Positions 14,325 through 27,209 are shown, counted from the first letter of the stretch. The stretch: 64,000 bases of DNA from Octopus vulgaris (GCA_951406725.2 OX597817.1:14508001-14572000); one strand, 5' to 3'. Numbers and translations: made by a program. Notes: generated from the sequence alone by a model not told the origin.

Positions 14325-14495
14325 AATCATCAGCATCTGATCAACTGCACCCAATCATCTCATGATGTTGTCCAGGAGGAAGCCATCCCCAATGACTTGT
14401 GTAGCAACATCATCCTCAATAGTTACAACGACAAATGAGAAAGAACCAACTACAGAAGCATCCAGCTAATGGACCAAACCAAGTTATGAAGGTAA
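14325..14495 (+). mobile_element. RTE LINE fragment from the region upstream of the RT core
   Basis: VVQEEAIPNDLCSNIILNSYNDK*..ERTNYRSIQLMDQ resembles RTE IPxDWxxSIIVxxYKGKG...NYRGIKL. Confidence 0.7.
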
Positions 14496-14928
14496 CGGAA
14501 AGGGTATAGGGGCAGGTATGGGCTGGTTAGTAAGAAGCTTGCTTCCCAATCACATGGGTCTAGGTTCAGTCCCACTGCATGACACTTTGGGCAAATAAAG
14601 TATCTTCTATAGCCTTTTACAAGGCTTAGAAAAACTGAGGGACTGCTGCAATAAATGTGTGAATGTGAGGGGGGGGGGATATGTAGAATAAAATCATAAT
14701 TAACTGACACTCCTGCATTTTCTTTTACTCAAAGCCAGGAACTTTGCAGTATCTCTTGTACATATTTGCAAAAATATACACTCACTCATGAATACAAGAT
14801 ATGCACCTGCACATCTACAAACTTTCAGCTGCATAGGTCTTTAAGAACTTTTCTTGTAACTGTTTCACTAGGAAGATTGGCATTTGTAGTAGACCCCTTC
14901 CTTAGCTCAAACCTAAGCTGTACCTCAT

Positions 14929-15160
14929 TTAACGCTTTAGCATTCACATTATTCTGTTGAATATAATGCTTATTTATTCACATTGTTTTGAATTTATCAT
15001 GCATTACCTGATAGCTTTGATATTTTGATGAGGTAACTGTTAATTTTTAGAATGATATTGTAGGGCTGGTGTGAGAGGCTAGAACTGGCCAGCTTCAACA
15101 TAGTTTGAACAGGTTGAATAATTTGGCTGGACATGGTTGGTTTAAATGCTAAAGGGTTAA
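14929..15160 (-). mobile_element. piggyBac-like MITE (TTAA-flanked)
   Basis: TTAA|CGCTTTAGCATT ... AATGCTAAAGGG|TTAA. Same family as 19958-20186 and 62841-63068. Confidence 0.75.
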
Positions 15161-15532
15161 GTTAATTTCCTTCTCAGTTTATTGTTTTATAACTTTTATC
15201 AATATTTTTTACTTGCTTCTGTCATTAGACTGTGGCCATGTTGGAGCATCACCTTGAGGAATTTTTAATTTAATGAAGTGCTAACAGTACTCGTATTTTT
15301 TGAAGTCTGGTACTCATTCTCTTTTGTTGAATCCCTTAACTTCTGGGAACATAAACACACCAATACTGGTCGTCAAGCAGTGGTGGGGAACAAACACACA
15401 CAGACATATATATGATGAGCTTTCAGTTGTCACCTACCAAATCCACTCACAAAGCTTCGGTTCTTAAAGAACTATGCAGCTGAAAGTTTGTAGATGTGTA
15501 TTCATGAGTGAGTGTATATTTTTGCAAATATG

Positions 15533-15755
15533 TACAAGAGATACTGCAAAGTTCCTGGCTTTGAGTAAAAGAAAATACAGGAAGATCAGTTAATTGTGAT
15601 TTTATTCAACATATTCCACCCTCTCACATTCACATATTTATTGCAGCAGTCCTTCAGCTTTTCTAAGCCTTGTAAAAGAACTCGGAAGCTTGGGCTTCCA
15701 ACCATCCATAATACGCAATACCTTTAAAGCCAAGAACTTTTCGGCACTCCCCCAT
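15533..15755. mobile_element. Mariner-like MITE
   Basis: Imperfect TIRs TACAAGAGATACTGCAAAGTTCCTGGCTTT / AAAGCCAAGAACTTTTCGGCACTCCCCCATA. Confidence 0.65.
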
Positions 15756-15774
15756 ATATGTTGATGTGGATTCT

Positions 15775-16552
15775 TTTTCTTATTTGTTTCAGTCATTTGA
15801 CTGCAGCCATGCTGGAGCACAGCCTTTAGGCAAGCAAATCGACCCCAGGACTTATTCTTTGTAAGCCTAGTACTTATTCTATCAGTCTCTTTTGCCGAAC
15901 TGCTAAGTTACAGGGATGTAAACACACCAACATCAGTTGTCAAGCAATGGCAGAGGGACAAACACAGATACACAAACATATACATATATATATATATACT
16001 TTATTTTAAGCAGCAGAAAATTCAACAAAATCTGTTACTCTGAGTTTCTCGTTGCCGTTCATCAGACAGTTTTTGCTAGATTCTACCACTGGTATTTGAG
16101 TACTCTTTTTTCCACCTTGTTTCACATTTATGTGTTTACTCCGGTATATATATATATATATATATATGATGGAGTGGTTGGCATTATATATATATATATA
16201 CGCGGAGTGGTTGGCGTTATATATATATATATACGCGGAGTGGTTGGCGTTAGGAAGGGCATCCAGCTGTAGAAACACTGCCAGATCAGACTGGAGCCTG
16301 GTGCAGCCCCTAGCTTCCCAGACCCCAGTCGAACCGTCCAACCCGTGCTAGCACGGAAAACAGACGTTAAACGATGATGATGATGATGATGATGGGCTTC
16401 TTTCAGTTTCCATCTACCAAATCCACTCACAAGGCATTGGTCGGCCCGAGGCTATAGTAGAAGACACTTGTCCAAGGTGCCGCACAGTGGGACTGAACCC
16501 AGAACCATGTGGTTGGTAAGCAAGCTAGTTACCACACAGCCACTCCTGCACC
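15775..16552 (-). mobile_element. SINE A with two nested insertions in its internal (TA)n: a hammerhead-bearing repeat (15997-16145) and an RTE tail (16234-16393)
   Basis: The SINE A tail half (15775-15990) and head half (16394-16552) are collinear around the inserts. Confidence 0.8.
16032..16069 (-). ncRNA. Minimal type I hammerhead ribozyme motif
   Basis: CTGT-CTGATGA-ACG GCAA CGA-GAAA-CTC A GAG-TA-ACAG. Canonical core, GNRA-capped stem II with one mismatch, GTA cleavage triplet. Confidence 0.75.
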
Positions 16553-16724
16553 TGTATAATATATATTTCCATTGTTATCATTTTATGCCCATTTTTCTAG
16601 GCAGGTATGTATTGGCTGTTTCTTTTTTTTTTTCTTTTTTAAAGGTGTCATTTATTTCTAGATGCCTTCCATGTGACCAATTCTTTCTGTCACCTATCAC
16701 AGGTAAAGACATGCTTTTTTGCCT

Positions 16725-16934
16725 TTTATGCCTTTTGCTTGTTTCAGTCATTTGACTGCAGCCATGCTGGAGCACTGCCTTAAAGAGTTTTAGTTGAATA
16801 AATCGACCCCAGGACTTATTCTTTGTAAGCCTAGTACTTATTCTATTGGTCTCTTTTGCCGAATCACTAAGCTATGGGGATGTAAACACACCAACATCAA
16901 TTGTGGTGGGGGACAACAGACCAAACATACACAT

Positions 16935-16973
<39 letters not shown>

Positions 16974-17131
16974 CATATTTTAACGTGTATAAGGAACCCT
17001 TTTTTGTCAAAAATTAGGTTTGAAAAATATGGAAATTTCTTATACATGGATAGTATTATAATCCCTTACAAACCCCATTTTCCAAATTTTAAGCCCCCCC
17101 AAATTAGGGGGTTCCTTATACATGTTAAAAT

Positions 17132-17170
<39 letters not shown>

Positions 17171-17281
17171 ACATATATGTTTGAATGTATATTAAATAGT
17201 CTATTGACTATTTTTTCTTGCTCACTTGACCGCTGGTAGTGGAGAATTTTTCTAGAATTTTTTGCTACCCTAAAATTTATT

Positions 17282-17315
<34 letters not shown>

Positions 17316-17482
17316 CACACAATGGGCTTCTTTCAGTTTCTGTCTACCGAATCCTCTCACAAGGCTTTGGTCGACCCTAGACTATAATAGAAGACACTTG
17401 CCCAAGGTGTCATGCAGTGGGAGTGAACCTGGAACCATGTGGTTGGAAAACAAGTTCCTTACCACACAGCCATGCCTGCACC
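16725..17482 (-). mobile_element. SINE A with a nested MITE
   Basis: Tail half 16725-16930 and head half 17322-17482. Confidence 0.75.
16973..17135. mobile_element. Tc1/mariner (pogo/Tigger-like) MITE in a (TA)n tract
   Basis: TIRs TATTTTAACGTGTATAAGGAACCC / GGGTTCCTTATACATGTTAAAATA. Confidence 0.75.
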
Positions 17483-17582
17483 TATGCACACATAATGTAT
17501 CCATTCTAACTAGGATACACCTGGCATGTACAATAAAAGTATTTCTATAGAATGTGAACGTAAATATATTTTTATAGTATCG

Positions 17583-17830
17583 TCTTCATCATCATTGTTT
17601 TAACATCTATTTTTCTACGCTTGCATGGATTGGACAGAGTTTATTAGGACAGATTATCTACTGACAGATAAGCTTCCTCTTGACAACCCTCACCTGTTTC
17701 CAAATAAGGTAATATTTTCCTAAGACTAGATATGTTTGCAAGGAAGATTGGAATTGATGGACACCACTTGGATATTGGTGATATTCATTTACAACTACCA
17801 TGATATCAAGGCAAGGAGACAGTAACACAT
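17583..17830 (-). mobile_element. SINE C, 3' half
   Basis: Similar to 62345-62570. Confidence 0.65.
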
Positions 17831-17972
17831 ACAGACTCACACACATGCATACACCCATGCACAAACATGTATACACATACATTCATACACATGCATATAT
17901 TCAGATACATATTATATATACACACACACATATACATGCATACATTTATATATACATACATACATACATTTT

Positions 17973-18390
17973 TCTTTTACTCTTTTACTCTTTTACTTGT
18001 TTCAGTCATTTGACTGCGGCCATGCTGGAGCACCGCTTTGAGTCGAGCAAATCAACCCCGGGACTTATTCTTTGTAGGCCCAGTACTTATTCTATCGGTC
18101 TCTTTGGCCGAACCGCTAAGTGACGGGGACGTAAACACACCAGCATCGGTTGTCAAGCAATGCTAGGGGGACAAACACAGACACACAAACACATACATAC
18201 ACATATATATATATATATACATATATATGACAGGCTTCTTTCAGTTTCCGTCTACCAAATCCACTCACAAGGTATTGGTCGGCCCGGGGCTATAGCAGAA
18301 GACACTTGCCCAAGATGCCACGCAGTGGGACTGAACCCGGAACCATGTGGTTGGTAAGCAAGCTACTTACCACACAGCCACTCCTGCGCC
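17973..18390 (-). mobile_element. SINE A, full length and young
   Basis: Near-identical to 51070-51498 and 52366-52760. CpGs are retained. Confidence 0.9.
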
Positions 18391-18404
18391 TATTTATTTA
18401 TTTA

Positions 18405-19275
18405 TTTATTCATATACAAGAAGGTTGTTGACAGTAAATTCAAAGTTTTGGTCAACTAAGCCGTCATCAGACTGTGAAGCATTAGCCTTGCCTTTATACA
18501 GTCTTTGTTGAATTGAAATCATCTTTGGGTGTGTGGGTTTGAGAGGGGTAGTAATGAGGTTTTTCTGGTTGGTTGTTATGGGAGGTGTTTTGGAAAAATT
18601 TTAATTGATTATATTTGGGATCATATTATGTTTTAGAATGTATTCATGAATGTAGAACTTTGTAAACAAGCTTCTAGGTGTTTCTCTTTTGTTAAGCAAG
18701 CACAAGGTGTGATAGTATTTTTGTTGCTTTTGGTATTATCGCATTTAATTCTTTTGCTTTGACTGGCCTCCGTGCTGGTGGCATGTAACAAACACCATCC
18801 GATCGTGGCCGTGCCAGCCTCGCCTGGCCTCTGTGCTGGTGGCATATAAAAAACACCATCCGAGCCTGGCCATTCGCCAGCCTCGTCGAGCACCTGTGTC
18901 CGTGGTACATAAAAAAAACACCATCTGAGCGTGGCCATTCGCCAGCCTCGTCTGGCACCTGTGCCGGTGGCACATAAAAAGCACCCACTACACTCACGGA
19001 GTGGTTGGCGTTAGGAAGGGCATCCAGCTGTAGAAACACTGCCAGATCTGACTGGCCTGGTGCAGCCTTTGGGCTTCCCAGACCCCAGTTGAACCGTCCA
19101 ACCCATGCTAGCATGGAAAGCGGACGTTAAACGATGATGATGATGATGATGAATGTAAAGGCCAAAGTTGCAAAGTCCAATATTTAAGGCCTTAGTAATT
19201 TGGTGTGTTAATTTTATTTCCCAAAAGGATGTAGACAGGTGGTAAGTTGTCCATTGTTCTCTAAGCACCATCCTC
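18405..19275 (-). mobile_element. Penelope-like element 3' remnant (end of the GIY-YIG region plus a decayed hammerhead at 18431-18475), split by an RTE tail
   Basis: HLSTSFWEIK...ALNIGLCNFGL remnant, and ACAGT-CTGATGA-CGG...CC-AAAAC...TT-ACTGT. Confidence 0.5.
18760..19152 (+). mobile_element. RTE 3' UTR fragment
   Basis: Subrepeats, GGAGTGGTTGGCGTTAGGAAGGGCATCCAGCTG and (GAT)n tail. Confidence 0.85.
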
Positions 19276-19384
19276 TGTGCTCAGCTGATATTTATTTTAA
19301 TGAATCCTGAAAGTATGAAAAGCAAAGTCAACCTCAGTAAAATTTGAACTCAGGATGTAAAGTTGGACAAAATGTCACTAAGCA

Positions 19385-19832
19385 TTTTGTCCACTATACC
19401 AACAATTTTGTCTACTGTACTAACAATTTTGTCCACTGTACCAACAATTTTGTCCACTGTACCAACAATTTTGTCCACTGTACTAACAATTTTGTCCACT
19501 GTACCAACAATTTTGTCCACCGTACCAACAATTTTGTCCACCGTACTATCAATTTTGTCCACTGTACCAACAATTTTGTCCACCGTACTAACAATTTTGT
19601 CCACCGTACCAACAATTTTGTCCACTGTACCAACAATTTTGTCCACTGTACCAACAATTTTGTCCACTGTACTAACAATTTTGTCCACTGTACCAACAAT
19701 TTTGTCCACTGTACCAACAATTTTGTCCACTGTACTAACAATTTTGTCCACTGTACTAACAATTTTGTCCACTGTACCAACAATTTTGTCCACTGTACCA
19801 ACAATTTTGTCCACTGTACCAACAATTTTGTC
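19385..19832. repeat. 21-bp minisatellite TTTTGTCCACTGTACCAACAA, about 21 copies, inside an old antisense SINE B
   Basis: Read directly. SINE sequence continues on both sides. Confidence 0.95.
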
Positions 19833-19957
19833 ATCTCGCCACCTTAATAATAATAATGATGGACTCTCCCATCGAAGACAACATATGAGTGTTCAGCTTT
19901 TACTGAATGGCCAGCACAAATGATTTGTTTCTAGGGAGCAAATGCATGTGCTGTATA

Positions 19958-20186
19958 TTAACCCTTTAGTGTTTAAACCGGGCCATACCAGGACAAAATT
20001 GTCTTCCTGTTATATGCTCAAACCAGCCAGCTCTGACCTCTCACACCTACCCTACAAAGTCATTCTAAATATAAACAGGGACATCATCAAAATCCCAGAG
20101 TTACAAGATGCTGTACAATTAATTTAAAACAATGTAATTAAACAGGCTTTACATTTGACAGAGTAATCTGAATGCTAATGGGTTAA
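19958..20186 (+). mobile_element. piggyBac-like MITE
   Basis: TTAA|CCCTTTAGTGTT ... AATGCTAATGGG|TTAA. Confidence 0.75.
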
Positions 20187-20269
20187 CTCACTTCTTCCAT
20201 CAAATCAATGTTGTCTGAACAAGTGCAGTGTATCACACACATTGTGCTCCCAGAATCTCTGTTTCACTT

Positions 20270-20790
20270 AGATGAATGGGTCTTCTTGAAAACCACATAC
20301 TGCCAGTCATTCTAGTCCCTGATCATTTCCTCCATGAGGTTCCATGTCCCAAGATCAGCCTTCACCACTTCATCCTATGTCTTCCTGGGTCTACCTCTTC
20401 TGAAAGCTTCATCTTCATTAAGTGAGGGCCACTTCTTCATACAGCTGTTCTTATCCGTATGCTTCACACATCCATGCCAGTGCAATCATTTTTCTTGTAC
20501 ACTACATCTGATTCTTCTTATGCCCAGTTTTCCTCTTAATGTATTTATACTATACTGTTCATGCACATCCAACAAGGCACATATCTCATTACTATACAGT
20601 ATTGCAGTCCTAATACAAGCATTATACAATTTGTTCTTCACTCTGAAGGAAAGTACCTTTGTTTCTAATAGCTGTAGAAGCTCCCTGAACTTTTTCCAAT
20701 ATGCTCTGACTCTAGCTACTACATTTGCAGATCAATCACCTTCCTTGTTAATTCCATCTCTTAGTAAAAGCTATTGACTACTTGTGGTGA
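20270..20790 (-). mobile_element. Degenerate RTE LINE ORF C-terminus
   Basis: GRPRKT*DEVVKAD and KKFRELLQLL remnants, similar to 44780-45290. Confidence 0.65.
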
Positions 20791-23700
20791 ACCATCTAGG
20801 TATTTAAGAGAATTCGTTTCTTGCATGTTCGTTGTCATTAACAATTCAAATTGTATAGCATCATTAATTTGACACAATTAGCCAGCTCCAGTCCAATGCA
20901 AAAGTTGAATCCTTTCAGTTTGGCTAAGACATTGAAACTGAATATTAAGAGCAACATTAGATAAACAGTAATACTTGTTTATGACAATTTTATTTCAAAA
21001 TGAGTGTATATTTCAAATCACTTATTAAACACTGACAGAATTTCATCTTAAAAAACAAAACAAAAGAAATATTGTGGAATTTAAATTTTAATGTCTATAG
21101 AAGGAAGACAACAACAACAAAAAAGTCACTGAGCAAGATTGGTAAAATCCTTGGAATAAAACAAGATCTAAAAACATTTATTTTATATACAAAATGTTTT
21201 TTTTTTTCATATCAACAAACACAGGCTTAATAAAGTGTAAAATTTATATGAAATGATGTTTTTGCACATAAAGAACATCAAACATAGAACCGATAAAAGA
21301 AGAAGAAATTTAAGAAAACAGAGCAATCACAGTTATCTAAATGGTAGCTGTGTGGTAGATTACAGGTAATAGAATTTCCATTTTAATAAATAAGTTTAAA
21401 AAATGAGAATGACTATTTCTACAGTCTGGGAAGAGAATTCTTTTCTCATTCACGCTACATATTAAACAGAGTAACATTTAGGAGAATCTATTAAAGTCAT
21501 ATACAGAGATGTCTTTGATGACAGAAATTTTAAAATAAAAGAAAATTGACATTTATTTTTAAGAAGAGTTGATGTCATAAGCTGAATTTGTCGCCCTTAC
21601 AAGTGAGGCCTTTTGATGAGAGATGGCTTCCAGTACATGTTGGAAGCACACCAGTTAATTCGTTGTCCCTACAATGAGGCCTGTGAGTAAGAGATAACTT
21701 ACTATAATTTTGGGGACTATAGCCATTAATTCGTTGTCCCTATTAAAGTGCTTATGAATGTTATCACTTATTTAATTCCAAATGAATTTTACTATACACA
21801 TATATATATATACATATATATATATATGTAAGTTTGTAAATTTTCTTCTTGATTCATTTCATCTATATTATGTATTAACTACTTAAACCGCAATAAGACT
21901 GTTCTTGCAAATTAATGGCAAGACAGGGCTTTGGTTTTAAAATATTCTTTCAGAAATTGCCATATTTCAGAGAATAAATCTTTATATTTTAATATGTTTT
22001 TCAGTTAAACCAATGATATCATTTAGAGGAAGATTTTTCATGAATTCTCCGCTCTTACAATATCTTTCTGCAAATCTTTAAAATAGATTTAAAAAAATAA
22101 AATTAGAAAAGTATCTAATTTAAACTATTCTTTTGTCTTTCCATTTTTTTTTTTTAAATATTTTATTATAAGAAAAGAAAGGACTGGTTTTGTTAAGATG
22201 AAATCTTTATTGAAATATCACACTAGAAGCTGTGCACACAAACTTTAGAACAGAACATTTTATAAGCAATTAAAAAAAAATAACAGATATGAAAAGAAAC
22301 CCCACTGATACAAATAAGTCAAAGTTAAGAATTACCAAAACAAGCTGCTACCACATGCACAGTTGGTAGAAGCATACTTTCGGGCTATTGTATATGAGCA
22401 TGTTTTTGTATATAGATATATACATATACATCTGTATATACAAAGCCTTCTTTATTATTTTTATTATTATTATTATTATTATGATTATTGTTGTTGTTAT
22501 AAGTAATAGGACGATAAATATGTTTTCAGGAAAAAAAAAAGCAGTTTCATGGCATTTGAAATATAATAGATATACAAATCATGTTTTCCAATGTGTGACT
22601 CTATATACATATAAAGAAGCAAAAAAAAATAAAATAAAATAAAAAAAAAAACAAAAGTACAAGGGTTGAATTATTTGAATGCATCTTAAATTAAAATGCA
22701 CCTTAGCCACAAAAGATAAATTATGCAAATTTATACTTAGAATAATTTAACCCTGATTTAATTAATTAAAACCCCAAATTTTCAAACCACATTTTGTACT
22801 GAATATACAAAAAAAAGATATGTTTTTCAAAGAAATCAACATTAGCCAGCATTTAATTAACTATTAAGAACATCAAATATTTTGACAAGTTGTCGTTGAG
22901 TATCATAAGTTTACTCTGCTTGAGCAAATCTACAGTAGAGATTTTGACAGGTTTTTATTGGATGGCAGCTAAATTTGAATGGAAAATGAAATCAAACAAG
23001 AACAAAAATAGCTTAGATAAATCTATTTTGTTATTTACAAAAGAAAAATGGTAAGATGCTTCATTGAACTTCTATTTAAATTATGCTTTATCACTAATAA
23101 ATAAGAGTATTCTTAGATATTTTTAAAATAGACATAAATTTATTTTCAGTTTTTAATGAAATCTCTCTAATAATAATAATGAAAATAATTAGCACCAAGG
23201 ACGAACAGTTGCTGGAGTTTTTTCATCATATACAAAATAATAAAATAATCTAATGAGCATTTATTATTAGATTAGTATTTTCTTTTCGTAGTAATGGAGA
23301 TAATGTCAGTCAGTAATAAGTTATAGATTATAAATTTAAAATTATATGGAGTTTGAAATATGAATGACAAGGAGTTGAAAATATATCATTACTATTACTC
23401 AATTTTTATTATAATATAACTTAAGAGTAAATAAATATAATAATTAACATAAAAATAGAAATTTCAATGAAGAAAATCTGATCAAAATTAAAAATATGAT
23501 TCAGCAAATTTGAAACAATTGCATAAAAAGAAGCAGTTAAATGTATTCACTAATAAATCTCTCTATTTAAAATATTTATTTTGTCTACTATCTAAAATTA
23601 TAATTTAGCAATTAGAAAGCATTTTAGAAAATATTTAGTGACTTATATGGGTAAAGATTGAATTTTCTTTAAAGAATGATTGCTAAAAGAAAGATATATC

Positions 23701-24533
23701 ACAAAAATTATGCTTTGAAAGACACTTGCAAAGAAGAGAAACATTATCTAGCATCATTGAATAGTAATAAATTAATACACCATCTGTCAGAGGAACACAT
23801 TGGAAAAATATAAATGTTCCAATAAGTTTATTGGCTAAAAAAAAAAAAAAAAAAGAAAAAAGGGTTCAGCAGTAATGTCTGGATAACCATCAGAGAGGCA
23901 GAGACCACCAGGCCCCAAGCCAGGCCCCACAAAAAATTACAGCCCTTCAGTCAAATGAAAATATAGGGAAGGAATGATTAGCAAATGGGACACATTCTAC
24001 AACAGTGTCATTAAAACATTTTTGATAAAAGTCTTTTTATTTCTTCTTTTCAATAAACTGATTGTATTGTTTTGTTTTGTTTTGTTTGTTTTGTTTTTTA
24101 ACAGAAATACCAATACACAAATATTATTTCTGAAAAATAGACAGAATAATAAAAGTGCAGCACAACCAAAGCCTTCTGTTTAAACATTAGTGACCTATGG
24201 GTAAAAAAATACAATGCAGCTTATTGTCAGATGTCAGACAGTTGCCTCCAACTGTTAAATATAGATATTATTTGTTGAAAACTTCAACCATATTAACGCA
24301 TCTTTTTTTATAAATTTTAATCACATCCCATTATAAATTCCAGTAGAAATCTATAATATCAATCAATCATTATAAATCAAAATATTCATTTTCAATAGGA
24401 AATTTTGAAAGAAAGAAAATAATTTTCCGTAAAACAATATAAGAAATATTATCGTACAAATATTCATCATTAATTTCATAAATGTGGTAAAATGACAATG
24501 TTGGACACACATACACACACACACACATATATG

Positions 24534-24575
<42 letters not shown>

Positions 24576-25160
24576 TATATACACACTCAAACAAATTCAT
24601 ACACAAACATGCACTCACACATACATATATGGTATTGACAACAGAAACCAGGGGCTACAATACTGATTTATGTTAAAGGTAAGATTTAGGGTAGGGTAAA
24701 GCAGTGGTCAATCCGGATACTGCTTTAAGTGGCTTATTTCACAGACTGAGGGGTGCAAGGCACATTATGCAGCTCCCATTAATTGGAAAGTAGGGTTTCT
24801 GCTCCTATGTAATGATTTCTCGTCAAAATAAAGTTAAACCTAAACTAAGAGCATTCCTTGGCAGCTGGTAAAATTGGTTTTATTGCAGAAATAAAATATC
24901 AAACATCAATGAACAGAGAAGGCAATGGCTAGAGTAACATTAAAAGATATACATATATTTCATCTCCAATTAAATTAAAGTGTATATATAAATGGTGTAA
25001 CATTTTATACATACATAATCGCATTAGTATATGATGTATGTATAGATTAAATAATACATACACACACACATTATACACACAAATTTAAGCATATGTATAT
25101 ACATGCACACGCATATATTTATATGGGTGTGTGTACATGTGTGTGTTTGTGTGTGTATGC

Positions 25161-25203
<43 letters not shown>

Positions 25204-27029
25204 TATATACATATATATGTATATTCATATGTACACACACATATATATTTATTTTTGTGTATGTACATACACACATATTCATACATGTATATAAATGTGT
25301 GTGTTTATGTGTGAGCGTGCTTGTGTAGTGTGTGTGTGTGTGCATGTGTGTGTATCATGTATATCTATACATAAAGCTGACACTTTCTCCATTGCTATGA
25401 AATAGTTTTCAAATCTAAGTTTACTAGTAATGATTAATTTTTCTTCATATATGATAGTTTAAATTAACACATGATTTCAGACCAGAAAAACTTCAGCAAA
25501 TCAAAGACAAGACAGAACTCTAGTGGCATAGAAACATATCTACGCACAAATTTAAATGGTTATCTGCTGCCACTACCATTAAAATACATTGGAAACAAAG
25601 GTTGACAAGAGCCACATTATTTAGTGTTTGTTCTGGAATTAGGCACAAGAAAAAAGGTTTGAAAAAAAACATTTAAAAAATTGTTTAGGATTAGATACTT
25701 TGCAAATCAATATCACAAAAATATTTTTATATAATTGCATATGTGTCTGTTTGCATGTGTGTGTGTGTGTGTTGCCATGTGAGTGTATGAATGTGTGCAC
25801 GTATATGTGTGTGTGTGGCCATGTGAGTGTATGAATGTGTGTGTGTGTGTGCACATGTGAGTAGCTTGTACTTTCTGTTAATAAATTAAAGTTTCACTTA
25901 AGAAACAAAAACAAGAATTTTTTTGGCACACAGTAGAACAATATTAAGAGAAAAAAAATTAAGTATTTAGCAGATAAAAGAGAAAAAAATGCACACACAT
26001 ACATACATACATACATACATACATACACATACATACACAAATACTAATTCGTGTTATAGATTTGATCACCACTACAGAAATATTTAAGAAAATAAAATAT
26101 AGAAAGTTACTAAAGAAATAAACCACATTGGAACTGTGAGAACTAGTGGAAAAATAAACTCATTCAACATGAGAATACGGAGCATAGGATTACGTCTCAA
26201 AACTAATTGTTGAAAAAATATTATTACTAATTATTATCTTCAGAAACGGTAAATAATATTCTTAATAGTGATACATCAGCAGCATTGGTTCAGTCTAAAT
26301 TAATAGAATTGGAATCTCAGACATGTTTTCTGAAATACACAGCTTTTTTTTATGAGGGATGGGGGAGCGTTTTTTTTTTTAATTAGTCCTTTAGTAATTT
26401 TTTTTTTTTTTAAATTAAAGACTTCATGGACCACTTGGAGGTATTAAGGATAACTGGGTGAAATTAGTGCATGGTTGATGTTTAATTTTTAATTGTTTGA
26501 AAGTTGGCAATTAAATGGAAAAACATATTCAGGAAGGCAATTCCAGAGTGACAGAGTTCTGTGGAGGGAGAGAGTACGGAGTTTTTATCTCTTGTTTTTG
26601 TTTTTTTTTTTTTTGGTTTGTTTTGGTTTTTTTTTTATTTTTGTTGTTACAAATGTTATTAAAGATGAGGTTTTTGTGGGCTGAGTTATGGTAAGAATAA
26701 TGGAAGGAGATATGGGTTACATCATGAGGGTTCTAATCAATCACAGATAAAACAAAAATAGAAATACAAAGATATCAATCGACAAAAAAAATAATTTCAA
26801 TTTATCTACCATTGTGGTGTTGTGTATGAATGTCAGTGTATGTAAGTGTACGAGTGCCAGTGTATGAAAGTGTATGAGAGAGAGAGAGAGAGAGAGAGTA
26901 TATAGGTGTCAGTGTATTTATGTGTATGGTTGTGAGTGTATGCTAAAAAAATACCTTCAAATAAGAAAAAAAAATACTTATAACAATGCTAAAACGAAAA
27001 GGAAAAGAAGCCTGAAATTCCTGAAGAAG

Positions 27030-27050
27030 TATTATTATTATTATTATTAT

Positions 27051-27113
<63 letters not shown>

Positions 27114-27117
27114 CAGC

Positions 27118-27167
<50 letters not shown>

Positions 27168-27174
27168 CAGCAGC

Positions 27175-27209
<35 letters not shown>

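Noticed and set aside
14272-14438. Apparent exon after a pyrimidine tract
   Set aside because: The peptide matches an RTE LINE segment with stops and frameshifts, not a host gene.
19344-19923. Heptad-repeat ORFs or a CRISPR-like array
   Set aside because: Contiguous 21-bp units with no unique spacers, derived from a SINE in a eukaryotic genome.
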